From Eubacteriales bacterium (GTDB taxonomy: Bacteria; Bacillota; Clostridia; Oscillospirales; QAKW01), in contig JAZUNB010000057.1 in the NCBI GenBank assembly GCA_045603925.1, positions 123 to 64,122 on the forward strand: 64,000 bases of DNA, given 5' to 3'. The notes below the pieces were generated by a model that saw nothing but the letters and a program-made list of their open reading frames with translations, was not told the DNA's origin and ran no database searches. Shown piece after piece: positions 38,918 to 47,491 of this stretch (the first letter of the stretch is position 1; the number at the start of each line of letters is the position of its first letter). The position numbers and the translations under genes are program-made.

Positions 38918-38946
38918 ATTATAGTACGCGTACTAATTTTTGTCAA
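38918..38946 (-). promoter_or_regulatory. tetR-adhesin promoter with a perfect 14-nt palindromic operator
   Basis: The minus strand reads TTGACA (38941-38946), a 17 nt spacer, then TATAAT (38918-38923). The palindrome TAGTACGCGTACTA (38922-38935) fills the spacer and overlaps the -10. Confidence 0.65.
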
Positions 38947-38976
38947 CATATTTTTAAATAAACGGATACAAATTTT

Positions 38977-39003
38977 AAGCCGCCTGCTTTTTGCAGGCGG
39001 CTT
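38977..39003 (-). terminator. hairpin after spo0A
   Basis: AAGCCGCCTGC-ttttt-GCAGGCGGCTT, with only a modest T tract on the minus strand. Confidence 0.5.
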
Positions 39004-39006
39004 CTC

Positions 39007-39786
39007 TTAACAGACCAGGCGGCGATCCAGGCGGATCCGCTCGGTCAGCATGGAAATAAATTCTCCGTTGGTGGGCTTTCCCTTTGAGCTTTTTACCGTA
39101 AATCCGAAGATGGAATTTAAGGTATCGATATCCCCGCGGCTCCAGGCCACTTCAATGGCATGGCGGATGGCGCGCTCCACCCGCGAGGCGGTGGTATGAT
39201 TATTTTTGGCGATGGTAGGATAAAGCTCCTTGGTAATGGCCTTGAGCATAGCGCGGTCCTCCAGCGCCAGCAAAATACTGTCCCGTATGTAATCATAGCC
39301 GCGGATATGGGCGGGAACTCCCACCTCATGCATCAGATCGGCCACATACCGCTCCAGCTCAAAGCGGGCAGGATCGACCTCCTCTTCCCCTGCGCGCTTG
39401 CGCTCCAGGATGGCATAAAACCGATCCTTCACAAACTGATAATCCAGCGGCAATAATAAAAACAGATCGCCACCGGCCTCCATGACCAGCTGAGCCAGCC
39501 GATCATTGGGCACCGAGGAGACCACAGCCATAACCGTATTTTTCCGATAGCCGATCTCTTTTAACGCTGTAATGATCTCATCACAGCTCCTGCCGGGCAA
39601 AAAGCTATCCATCAGCACCACATCCGGTTGCATCTCGGTAATGACCCGCACTGCCTCCGGTCCGCTGCTGCATACGCCCAATACATCCATCCCCAAAGCG
39701 CCGAACCGCTCTCGGTTGACGCGGGCTGCCTCTCCATCGGTCTGCAGTAATACCAATGTCATTTTTTCAAAACTCTCTTTCTGCAT
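39007..39786 (-). CDS. spo0A: Spo0A-family response regulator with a divergent receiver domain
   Basis: The C-terminal Spo0A_C domain is near-consensus: VGVPAHIRGYDYIRDSI, ITKELYPTIAKNNHTTASRVERAIRHAIEVAWSRGDIDTLNSIFGFT, KGKPTNGEFISML. GAGGAGG lies 8 nt before the ATG. Confidence 0.88.
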   Translation of the reverse strand: MQKESFEKMTLVLLQTDGEAARVNRERFGALGMDVLGVCSSGPEAVRVITEMQPDVVLMDSFLPGRSCDEIITALKEIGYRKNTVMAVVSSVPNDRLAQLVMEAGGDLFLLLPLDYQFVKDRFYAILERKRAGEEEVDPARFELERYVADLMHEVGVPAHIRGYDYIRDSILLALEDRAMLKAITKELYPTIAKNNHTTASRVERAIRHAIEVAWSRGDIDTLNSIFGFTVKSSKGKPTNGEFISMLTERIRLDRRLVC

Positions 39787-39961
39787 TTAAATTTCCTCCT
39801 CATTGAGGGGATCCGAAGCATCGGTCAGAAGCAAAACCGATTTCTTTTCGCCCCTTTTTTCCAAATGATACCAAATTTATTGCAAAGAAGATGTCGGTTT
39901 CTGTCTGGGAATCAAATTTTTTCGGGGCGGACATCAACCGAGCGGGGCGATCTTTTGCATC

Positions 39962-40054
39962 GAGCACCATTTGTGCTCATTATACACGATGCGTGCTCAT
40001 CTGTCAAGAACCTTTCAAAATAAACTTGACGAACGAGCACATATTGTGTATAAT
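39962..40054 (+). promoter_or_regulatory. promoter and repeated GAGCAC/GTGCTC operator half-sites of the LexA-like repressor gene
   Basis: TTGACG (40026-40031), a 17 nt spacer, then TATAAT (40049-40054) with TG extension. The palindrome is GAGCAC-N5-GTGCTC (39962-39978). There is an extra GTGCTC at 39993-39998 and GAGCAC-N5-GTGTAT at 40035-40051 overlapping the -10. Confidence 0.55.
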
Positions 40055-40078
40055 CATTCTGTGAAATGAGGTGTTTAA

Positions 40079-40702
40079 ATGGATTTATTTTCGGAACGCT
40101 TAAAAAAACTGCGGGCGGAGCATCGCCTTTCCCAGGCAGAGCTTGCCAAGACCCTGGGGATCTCCAAGAGCAGTATCAATATGTATGAACGGGGCGAGCG
40201 GGAGCCGGGCTTTGAAACGGTGCGGGCGCTGGCAGAGCAATTCGGTGTCGATATTGATTATCTGCTGGGTGCCTCCCACCACCGCACCAAGGCGGAATGG
40301 ATGAGCAGCCAAAACCGCCTGCGGTTGCCGATCCTGGGAGAGATCGCCTGCGGTCAGCCCATCTTCGCCAATGAGGAAAAGACCGAATATATCGAGGCCG
40401 ATCCCGCCATCCGCGCCGATTTCTGCCTGCGGGCCAAGGGGGACAGTATGGTGGGCGCCCGTATTTTAGACGGGGATCTGGTCTTCATCCGCAAGCAGGA
40501 TACCGTTGCCAACGGAGAGATCGCCGCGGTGGTCATTGAAGATACCGCCACCCTGAAGCGGGTCTATTACTACCCCGAGGAAGGAACCCTCTCCCTCCAC
40601 GCGGAGAATCCCCTTTACCCACCCCTCATATATAATAAGGAAGAACTCAACCAAATCCATATCCTCGGCAAGGCGGTCTTCTTCCAAAGCCCCTTAAAAT
40701 AA
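40079..40702 (+). CDS. LexA-like repressor (XRE-type HTH + S24 peptidase domain)
   Basis: HTH LSQAELAKTLGISKSSINMYERGEREP. The S24 domain carries GDSM (Ser) and TLKRV (Lys). The C-terminal half is collinear with B. subtilis LexA as recalled. Confidence 0.82.
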   Translation: MDLFSERLKKLRAEHRLSQAELAKTLGISKSSINMYERGEREPGFETVRALAEQFGVDIDYLLGASHHRTKAEWMSSQNRLRLPILGEIACGQPIFANEEKTEYIEADPAIRADFCLRAKGDSMVGARILDGDLVFIRKQDTVANGEIAAVVIEDTATLKRVYYYPEEGTLSLHAENPLYPPLIYNKEELNQIHILGKAVFFQSPLK

Positions 40703-40708
40703 ATTGTG

Positions 40709-40737
40709 TTGACAAATATGGGATTTAATGATAACAT
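40709..40737 (+). promoter_or_regulatory. promoter of the riboswitch-nhaC transcript
   Basis: TTGACA (40709-40714), a 17 nt spacer, then TAACAT (40732-40737) preceded by TGn. Confidence 0.5.
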
Positions 40738-40747
40738 CAATATGTTA

Positions 40748-40956
40748 TAGATAGAGGCGCAGGTCTCATCAGTAGCCCCACCGTTTCCGGGAATTGCGGC
40801 GGGGGGAAAGGGAGAACTGCCGAAGCGAACTGTTTTTTGCCCGAAAAAACTGCCGCTGGGCCGCCGCAGAAGATGCGTCGGACTGTCACAGATTCTGTGG
40901 AGTGCTGTCGAAACTTTGTATTAAAAAGGATCGCGCCTCAGGGCGCGTCTTTTTAT
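40748..40956 (+). promoter_or_regulatory. lysine riboswitch (L-box) with terminator expression platform
   Basis: Conserved L-box blocks occur in order: AGAGGCGC, AGTA, GGGGAAAGGG, TGCCGAAG, CTGGG, GGACTGTCAC, TGGAGTGCT. The terminator GATCGCGCC-tca-GGGCGCGTC plus T5 follows at 40928-40956. Confidence 0.85.
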
Positions 40957-40971
40957 TATAGGAGGATTTTT

Positions 40972-42588
40972 ATGAACCTGAAGAAAATTTTACCCAAGCT
41001 GCTGATCGTGGTGTTTGTGGTGGCCTTCGGCTTCCTTTGCGCATTCACCGGCGATGTAACAGCCCCCAACGCGACCCTCTGGTCGCTCTATCCCCCGGTG
41101 ATCGCCATCGGCCTGGCCCTCATTACCAAGGAAGTGTATTCTTCTTTGTTTGTGGGTATTCTGGCAGGCGGTCTCTTGGCCACCAGCTTTAACCCCATCC
41201 ATACCATCGATGCAGTGGTCAGCGAAGGCCTGATCTCCGCTGTTTCCGGTACCGCCGGCATCTTCATCTTCCTGGTATTGCTGGGTGTCATCGTTGCCAT
41301 GCTCAATAAGGCGGGCGGCTCCAAGGCCTTCGGCGACTGGGCAGCCAAGCATGTGAAGACCAAGGTGGGCGCCTCTTTGGCCACCTTCGCCTTCGGTGTT
41401 TTGATCTTTATCGATGATTACTTCAACTGTCTGACGGTCGGTGCTGTCATGCGGCCGGTAACCGATAAGGTGAAAATGTCCCGTTCCAAGCTGGCATATC
41501 TCATCGATGCCACCGCCGCGCCGGTCTGTATGATCGCGCCCATTTCCTCTTGGGCAGCCGCTGTTGCTTCCTATGCAGGGGACGGTCAGGGTATCGGCCT
41601 TTTCTGCCGCGCCATTCCCTATAACATCTATTCGCTGATGACCTTTGTGTTTATCATCACCATCACCCTGATGAAATTCGATTACGGCCCCATGAAGCTT
41701 CATGAGAAGAACGCCGAAAACGGCGATCTCTTCACCGGCGGCGAGCTCTCTGCCAACAATGAAGAAGAGCCCAGCACCGGCAAGGCCAAGGTGATCGATC
41801 TGGTACTGCCCATCCTGATCCTCATTGCCGTCTGCGTCTTCGCCCTCTTCTATGTGGGCCGTTGCATGGGTGAGGAATGGGTATTCGCCTCTGCCAACTA
41901 TGATGCCTCTCTTGGCTTCATCGATGCCTTCTCCAATACCGATGCTACCGTCGGTCTGCCTTGGGGCGGTCTCATTGCGCTGATCGCAGTGATCATCTAT
42001 TTTGTTGCCCGCCGCCTTCTGACCTTCAAGGAAGCCATGGAATGCATTCCCAAAGGCTTTATCGCCATGGTCCCTGCCATCCTGATCCTGACTATGGCTA
42101 CCACCTTAAAGAATATGACCGGCCTTCTGGAATCCGATGTCTTTGTGGATAACGCGCTGGCCAATGCCGGAATGCTCAACAACTTCCTGCCCGCCATCAT
42201 CTTCCTGGCCGCCTGCGGTATTGCCTTCTCCACCGGTACCTCCTGGGGTACCTTCGGTATCCTGATCCCCATCGTGCTCACCGCCTTCGGCGTGGAGACC
42301 GAGATGGGTATCATCTGTATGTCTGCTTGCCTGGCCGGTTCGGTTTGCGGCGACCATTGCTCCCCCATTTCCGATACCACCATTATGTCTTCCGCAGGCG
42401 CACGCTGCGACCATATCAACCATGTGTCCACCCAGCTGCCCTATGCGCTGACGGTTGCAGGCATTTCTCTGGCAGGCTATCTGCTGGCCGGCTTTGTGCA
42501 GAATGTTTACATTGTGTTGGCCTTCTCCATCGTTGCGACTGTCTGCACTCTGTTTGTTATCAAAACCCTCAACAAAAACAAAGCATAA
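40972..42588 (+). CDS. NhaC-family transporter (probable lysine transporter)
   Basis: Polytopic, 538 aa from the ATG at 40972, preceded by AGGAGG. The listed ORF extension covers the riboswitch and is rejected. Confidence 0.8.
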   Translation: MNLKKILPKLLIVVFVVAFGFLCAFTGDVTAPNATLWSLYPPVIAIGLALITKEVYSSLFVGILAGGLLATSFNPIHTIDAVVSEGLISAVSGTAGIFIFLVLLGVIVAMLNKAGGSKAFGDWAAKHVKTKVGASLATFAFGVLIFIDDYFNCLTVGAVMRPVTDKVKMSRSKLAYLIDATAAPVCMIAPISSWAAAVASYAGDGQGIGLFCRAIPYNIYSLMTFVFIITITLMKFDYGPMKLHEKNAENGDLFTGGELSANNEEEPSTGKAKVIDLVLPILILIAVCVFALFYVGRCMGEEWVFASANYDASLGFIDAFSNTDATVGLPWGGLIALIAVIIYFVARRLLTFKEAMECIPKGFIAMVPAILILTMATTLKNMTGLLESDVFVDNALANAGMLNNFLPAIIFLAACGIAFSTGTSWGTFGILIPIVLTAFGVETEMGIICMSACLAGSVCGDHCSPISDTTIMSSAGARCDHINHVSTQLPYALTVAGISLAGYLLAGFVQNVYIVLAFSIVATVCTLFVIKTLNKNKA

Positions 42589-42592
42589 ATCT

Positions 42593-42622
42593 AAAAGGAG
42601 AACGAAATTCGTTCTCCTTTTT
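42593..42622 (+). terminator. nhaC terminator
   Basis: GGAGAACGAA-a-TTCGTTCTCC followed by T5. Confidence 0.75.
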
Positions 42623-42716
42623 CTTTCCCCACTCGGTCCAGACGCTTCAAAAGAGATGCAGAAGGGCTTTTCTCCCCTGTTCGGCTGTATGCGATACGCC
42701 GAATAGGGGAAAAAGG

Positions 42717-42757
42717 TCTAAAAAAAAGGAGAACAGAAATCTGTTCTCCTTTTTTTG
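42717..42757. terminator. bidirectional terminator (rubrerythrin side)
   Basis: A8-GGAGAACAG-aaat-CTGTTCTCC-T7. The stem sequence is related to the hairpin at 42593. Confidence 0.75.
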
Positions 42758-42787
42758 ATCTGCGCTCTTTTCAAGCGTCAAGGAAAA

Positions 42788-43321
42788 TCAATAATTTTCC
42801 TTCCGCACCTCGAAGTAGCTCTTGGGATGGGCGCATACAGGGCAAACCTCGGGGGCCTTCTTGCCCATCACAAGGTGACCGCAGTTGCGGCATTCCCACA
42901 TAGTCTCTTCGGCCTTCTCAAAGACCTTCTGCATCTCCACATTGCTGAGGAGGGCGCGATAACGCTCTTCATGAGTCTTTTCGATGGCGGCAACCGCGCG
43001 GAACTGATAAGCCAGCTTGGTGAAGCCCTCTTCTTCAGCTTCCTTGGCAAAGGTATCATACATATCGGTCCACTCATAGTTCTCGCCCTCGGCGGCGGCC
43101 AGCAGGTTTGCGGCGGTATCGCCCAGCTCACCCAGAGCCTTGTACCACAGCTTGGCTTGCTCCTTCTCGTTATCGGCGGTCTTCTGGAAAATGGCCGCGA
43201 TCTGCTCATAGCCTTCCTTCTTGGCAACGGAGGCGAAATAAGTATACTTATTCCGCGCCTGGCTTTCGCCGGCAAATGCAGTCATCAGATTTTTTTCGGT
43301 TTTGCTTCCTTTGAGTTCCAT
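42788..43321 (-). CDS. rbr: rubrerythrin
   Basis: Ferritin-like di-iron N domain and a C-terminal rubredoxin motif CRNCGH...CPVCAHP. Confidence 0.93.
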   Translation of the reverse strand: MELKGSKTEKNLMTAFAGESQARNKYTYFASVAKKEGYEQIAAIFQKTADNEKEQAKLWYKALGELGDTAANLLAAAEGENYEWTDMYDTFAKEAEEEGFTKLAYQFRAVAAIEKTHEERYRALLSNVEMQKVFEKAEETMWECRNCGHLVMGKKAPEVCPVCAHPKSYFEVRKENY

Positions 43322-43350
43322 AGTTGTTTCTCCTTTATAAATTATATTTT

Positions 43351-43710
43351 TTATTCAGCACAGTTGGGGCAGATGCAATGAAGGGTCACTTCATAATCGC
43401 TGATGGGAAAGCCCATCCGCTGCTCCATTTCTTCTTTCAGCCCTTCGGAAGGGTGATCGATGATCTTTCCGCAGTTCTCGCAAAGGAGATGCACATGGGG
43501 GTTTTGAGTCTTATCGTAATGATCCTTATGGTCACAAAAGACCACCCGCTTGATCTCGCCTTGCTCTGCCAGCCAGATCAGGCTGTTATAAACCGTTGCC
43601 AGAACAATGCCCGGCATCTCGGCCTTTGCCTTCTGAAAGATCTGATCTGCGGTCAGATGCTCCTTGGAGTCCCGAATGATCTTCAGGACCAGCGCCCGTT
43701 GCTTGGTCAT
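43351..43710 (-). CDS. perR: Fur-family peroxide regulator (PerR-like)
   Basis: Fur-family layout with [11 protein letters not shown]...ATVYNSL HTH and CxxC pairs CENCG / CPNC. It sits upstream of rbr, with PerR-type boxes in its promoter. Confidence 0.7.
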   Translation of the reverse strand: MTKQRALVLKIIRDSKEHLTADQIFQKAKAEMPGIVLATVYNSLIWLAEQGEIKRVVFCDHKDHYDKTQNPHVHLLCENCGKIIDHPSEGLKEEMEQRMGFPISDYEVTLHCICPNCAE

Positions 43711-43727
43711 AGGGGCTCCCTCCTTTT

Positions 43728-43797
43728 TTAGAATTATTCTATCATCATTATAACAAAAACAAAAAAATTGTCAATATGTTTTTTAGAAAAATTCTAA
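43728..43797 (-). promoter_or_regulatory. perR-rbr promoter with two Fur/PerR-type palindromes
   Basis: The minus strand reads TTGACA (43769-43774), a 16 nt spacer, then TATAAT (43747-43752). The boxes are TTAGAATTATTCTAT (43728-43742, 7-1-7) and TTAGAAAAATTCTAA (43783-43797). Confidence 0.6.
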
Positions 43798-43831
43798 AAA
43801 ATTATCAGCCGCCCTGTTTTGGGCGGCTGAT
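43795..43831 (-). terminator. htpG terminator
   Basis: ATCAGCCGCCC-tgtttt-GGGCGGCTGAT, with a T-run on the minus strand. Confidence 0.7.
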
Positions 43832-43836
43832 ATGCT

Positions 43837-45687
43837 TTATTTCTCCAGCAATTTCCAGATATTATTGGCATATTCCACCGGATTTTCAAGAGGCAGACCC
43901 TCGATCAGCAACGCCTGATCCAGCAATACTGCCGCCAGAAGAGCAAGGCGCTCCTCATCGGCCGCCTCCAATTGGGCAAAGAGCGAATGGTTGGGATTGA
44001 TCTCCAGAACCTTTTCCGCCTTAGCCATCTGCCCCTCGGGAGAGGCAGAGAGCACCTTTTCCATCTCCAGCGAAAGGGCGCCGCGGGTGGAAAGGCAGGC
44101 GGGATGGCTGACCAAGCGGTTGGTGGTCCTCACATCCGCCACCTTGCCCCCAAGGGCTTCTTTCAGCTTCCCCATCAGTTCGGGATATTGCTCCTCGGAT
44201 TCTTCCTCATTCTCAAATCCCAGATCGGCGTCGGTAATGTTCTTGAACTCTTTTTCGCCATAAGTGCCCAGCATCTTGATGGCGAATTCATCCACATCCT
44301 CGGTGAAATACAGCAGCTCATAACCCTTGGCCAAAACTCCTTCGGCGGCGGGCAAAAGGCGGATCTTTTCTTTGGTCTCGCCGGTGCCGTAATAGATATA
44401 TTTCTGCTCCTCGGGCATCCGATCGATATATTCCCGAAGGGTGGTATACTCCTCCTCTTTGGAGGAGCGGAAGAGGATCAGATCCTGCAGTACATCCTTA
44501 TTCATCCCCCAATCGCTGTATAACCCGTATTTCAGAGTTCGGCCGAAGGCATCAAAGAATTTGGCGTAAGCCGCCCGATCCTTCTTACAAAGAGCGGCCA
44601 GCTCCTTTTGAATGGTCTTGGTAAGATTTTTGGAGATGGCCTTCAACTGATGATCCTGCTGCAGCAGCTCCCGGGAGATATTGAGGGAGAGATCGGCGGA
44701 ATCCACCAAGCCCTGCACAAAGCCGAAATAATCGGGCAGAAGATCGGCGCACTTTTCCATGATCATGACCCCGTTGGAATAAAGAGCCAGGCCCTTTTTG
44801 AAATCCTTGGTATAGAAATCATAGGGCACCGCGCCGGGGATAAAGAGCAGTGCGGTATAGGTCAGGTTGCCCTCCACATTGGTATGGATGGTCTTGACCG
44901 GCTCATCAAAGCCATAGCGCTGAGCATGATAGAAGCCTTTATAATCCTCCTCGGTCAGCTCCTTTTTGGCGCGCTTCCATAAGGGCACGCGGCTGTTGAG
45001 GGTCTCGGTTTCGGTATACTGCTCGTATTCCTCGCTGTCCTCTTTCTTGCGGGACTTGGTCAGCTCCATCACAATGGGATATTTGATAAAATCGGAATAC
45101 TTTTTCACAAGATCGGTCAGACGATACTGTTCCAAAAACGCATCATAGCGATCATTTTCGGTATTCTCTTTAATATGAAGAACGATCTCTGTACCGGTCT
45201 CTTCCTTTTGGGCAGGCTCTATGGTATAACCGTCGCTGCCCTTGGAGCTCCAGCGCCAGGCCTCCTCGCTGCCCTCTTTTTTCGAGGTGACCTCCACCTC
45301 ATCGGCCACCATAAAGGCGGAATAGAAGCCCACACCGAACTGACCGATGATGTCCACACCCTCTTTTTCCTCTGCATCGGCCTTAAACTTAAAGGAGCCG
45401 CTTTCGGCGATGGTGCCCAGATTCTTTTCCAGCTCCTCCTTATTCATTCCGATGCCGTGATCGGTAACGGTAAGGGTGCGCTTCACCTTATCGGCCTCCA
45501 GGCGGATCTGATACCGCTCCCGATCGGGGGCGCCGCCGCTGACCAGGGCATTATAATAGCTCTTATCCGAAGCATCGGAGGCATTGGAGATCAGCTCCCG
45601 CAGGAAGATCTCCTTTTGAGTATAGATCGAGTTGATCATCAGGTCCAAAAGACGCTTGGACTCTGCTTTAAATTGCTTTTTAGCCAC
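43837..45687 (-). CDS. htpG: molecular chaperone HtpG (Hsp90)
   Basis: N terminus [34 protein letters not shown]; GTG start preceded by AGAAGG. Confidence 0.95.
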   Translation of the reverse strand: MAKKQFKAESKRLLDLMINSIYTQKEIFLRELISNASDASDKSYYNALVSGGAPDRERYQIRLEADKVKRTLTVTDHGIGMNKEELEKNLGTIAESGSFKFKADAEEKEGVDIIGQFGVGFYSAFMVADEVEVTSKKEGSEEAWRWSSKGSDGYTIEPAQKEETGTEIVLHIKENTENDRYDAFLEQYRLTDLVKKYSDFIKYPIVMELTKSRKKEDSEEYEQYTETETLNSRVPLWKRAKKELTEEDYKGFYHAQRYGFDEPVKTIHTNVEGNLTYTALLFIPGAVPYDFYTKDFKKGLALYSNGVMIMEKCADLLPDYFGFVQGLVDSADLSLNISRELLQQDHQLKAISKNLTKTIQKELAALCKKDRAAYAKFFDAFGRTLKYGLYSDWGMNKDVLQDLILFRSSKEEEYTTLREYIDRMPEEQKYIYYGTGETKEKIRLLPAAEGVLAKGYELLYFTEDVDEFAIKMLGTYGEKEFKNITDADLGFENEEESEEQYPELMGKLKEALGGKVADVRTTNRLVSHPACLSTRGALSLEMEKVLSASPEGQMAKAEKVLEINPNHSLFAQLEAADEERLALLAAVLLDQALLIEGLPLENPVEYANNIWKLLEK

Positions 45688-45712
45688 AGTAGAACCTTCT
45701 TTTTATCAAATT

Positions 45713-45739
45713 TTAGCACTCTTGACTTTCGAGTGCTAA
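45713..45739. promoter_or_regulatory. CIRCE operator (HrcA binding site) upstream of htpG
   Basis: TTAGCACTC-ttgactttc-GAGTGCTAA is a perfect match to the consensus TTAGCACTC-N9-GAGTGCTAA. Confidence 0.9.
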
Positions 45740-45742
45740 TTC

Positions 45743-45771
45743 AGTGTACCGCTTTTTCCACGATTTGTCAA
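45743..45771 (-). promoter_or_regulatory. htpG promoter
   Basis: The minus strand reads TTGACA (45766-45771), a 17 nt spacer, then TACACT (45743-45748). The predicted start site falls inside CIRCE. Confidence 0.6.
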
Positions 45772-45870
45772 GAGCAAAAGCGTGAACGATTTGTTAATTC
45801 GCCCCCGACGCATTGAAAAGAGGAAAAAAATGTGATAAGATAATGGTATCATAACAATCGGAGCGTATCT

Positions 45871-46872
45871 ATGCAATATAAAGACCAAGCGTTCCATGGC
45901 GGGTTTCTGCCGGAGCGCGACCCTGTTTATAAAACCAAACAGCGGCAGAACCTTGCCCGCATCGGCTATGCCATGCTCGCCTTTTTGCTGTTGAGCGGCG
46001 CGGTGCAGGCAGCCATGCTGGCGGCGGTGGAATGGTTGGCGCCTGCCTTCTATGAAACCGAGACCTTTGAATGGCTGCTGGCCATTCTTCCCAGCTACGG
46101 AGTGGGGCTTCCCTTCTTCTTTCTCTTTTTGGCGGGGATGCCCAAAAAAGTCCCCCAAAAGCAAGGGCTCTCCAAGGAAGAGGGGCTGATGTATCTGAGC
46201 ATCGCCTTTTTACTGATGCTGGTGGGCAATTTCCTATCGGTAACGCTGATGGGGATGCTGGAATCCCTGCGGGGAACCGAGATCCCCAATGCCCTGGAGG
46301 GGTATCTGGAGGAATATTCCCCGCTGATGTCCTTTGTCACCATGGTGATTCTGGCGCCTATCTTCGAAGAGCTGATGTTCCGCAAATTGGTTATGGACCG
46401 CCTGCTCCCCTATAGCGAGACTCTGGCGGTGGTAACAGGCGGTCTCTTCTTCGGCCTGGTCCACGGAAATTTTTATCAATTCTTCTATGCCACCTTTTTG
46501 GGGATGCTTTTCGGGCTGGTCTATCTGAAAACGGGAAGGCTGCGCTATTCCATCCTTCTCCATGCCATCATCAATTTCACCGGCTCCACCGTTGCCACCT
46601 TTATGGCAGAGGCCACCGCCGAGGATGCTATGCTGGAAAGCTCCATCAACCCTTGGGTCACCGTCAGCGGCGTTTATTCCACCGCTATGATGCTGCTGGC
46701 CCTCTGCGGGCTGATCTTTTTGATCCGCAAGCGCAAAAGCTTCCGCCTCTCCAAAACCGGCGAGCAGTACCTCACCCTGGGTACCCAATTCAAGCTTGCC
46801 TGGGGAAATGCGGGCACTATTGTATTCTGCTTTATTTGCGCTATTTTGTTTGTAATGAGTTTATTTATATAA
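45871..46872 (+). CDS. CPBP-family intramembrane glutamic endopeptidase
   Basis: Motifs APIFEELMFRKL and FGLVHGN; polytopic. Confidence 0.85.
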   Translation: MQYKDQAFHGGFLPERDPVYKTKQRQNLARIGYAMLAFLLLSGAVQAAMLAAVEWLAPAFYETETFEWLLAILPSYGVGLPFFFLFLAGMPKKVPQKQGLSKEEGLMYLSIAFLLMLVGNFLSVTLMGMLESLRGTEIPNALEGYLEEYSPLMSFVTMVILAPIFEELMFRKLVMDRLLPYSETLAVVTGGLFFGLVHGNFYQFFYATFLGMLFGLVYLKTGRLRYSILLHAIINFTGSTVATFMAEATAEDAMLESSINPWVTVSGVYSTAMMLLALCGLIFLIRKRKSFRLSKTGEQYLTLGTQFKLAWGNAGTIVFCFICAILFVMSLFI

Positions 46873-46884
46873 GGAGTAAAAATT

Positions 46885-47355
46885 ATGGTAGAGATCAAAA
46901 TTCAAAACAGCGGCACCATCAAATTGGAGCTTTATCCCGAGAAGGCGCCTAAAACCGTTGCCAACTTTGAGAAGCTGGTCCAAGAAGGGTTTTACGACGG
47001 TCTGACCTTCCATCGGGTCATCAGCGGCTTTATGATCCAGGGCGGCGACCCCACCGGTACCGGTATGGGCGGCAGCGAGGAGACCATCCCCGGTGAGTTT
47101 ATGGCAAACGGATTTCCCAATCCCATCCGCCACGAGCGGGGCGTCATCTCAATGGCCCGCACCAATGACCCCAACTCCGCCAGCAGCCAATTCTTCATTA
47201 TGCATGAAGACGGCTTCTTCTTAGACGGCAACTACGCCGCCTTCGGCAAGGTCGTTGAGGGTATGGAAGAGGTGGATAAGATCGCCGCAGTGGCCACCAA
47301 CGCCATGGATATGCCTCTGGAGCGCCAGATCATCGAATCGATTAAACTTGTATAA
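46885..47355 (+). CDS. ppiB: peptidyl-prolyl cis-trans isomerase (cyclophilin type)
   Basis: FHRVISGFMIQGGDPTGTGMGG. Confidence 0.93.
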   Translation: MVEIKIQNSGTIKLELYPEKAPKTVANFEKLVQEGFYDGLTFHRVISGFMIQGGDPTGTGMGGSEETIPGEFMANGFPNPIRHERGVISMARTNDPNSASSQFFIMHEDGFFLDGNYAAFGKVVEGMEEVDKIAAVATNAMDMPLERQIIESIKLV

Positions 47356-47389
47356 AAAAACCGCGGGACCTTGGTTCCGCGGATTTTTT
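47354..47389 (+). terminator. ppiB terminator
   Basis: CCGCGGGACC-tt-GGTTCCGCGG followed by a T-run. Confidence 0.7.
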
Positions 47390-47491
47390 ATGCAAAAATG
47401 CCAAAAAACGATGTGTTCCAAAAACCGTTCTTCTGTTTTGTGCAGATCGACAGCGGAATGTTACAGTTTCTTTACAGTTTGCCTCCATTCG

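Noticed and set aside
39787-40078. Canonical SOS box or Spo0A 0A boxes in the spo0A/lexA-like intergenic region.
   Set aside because: There is no CGAAC-N4-GTTCG match. Only a partial TGTCGGT resembles a 0A box (TGTCGAA), which is too weak to report.
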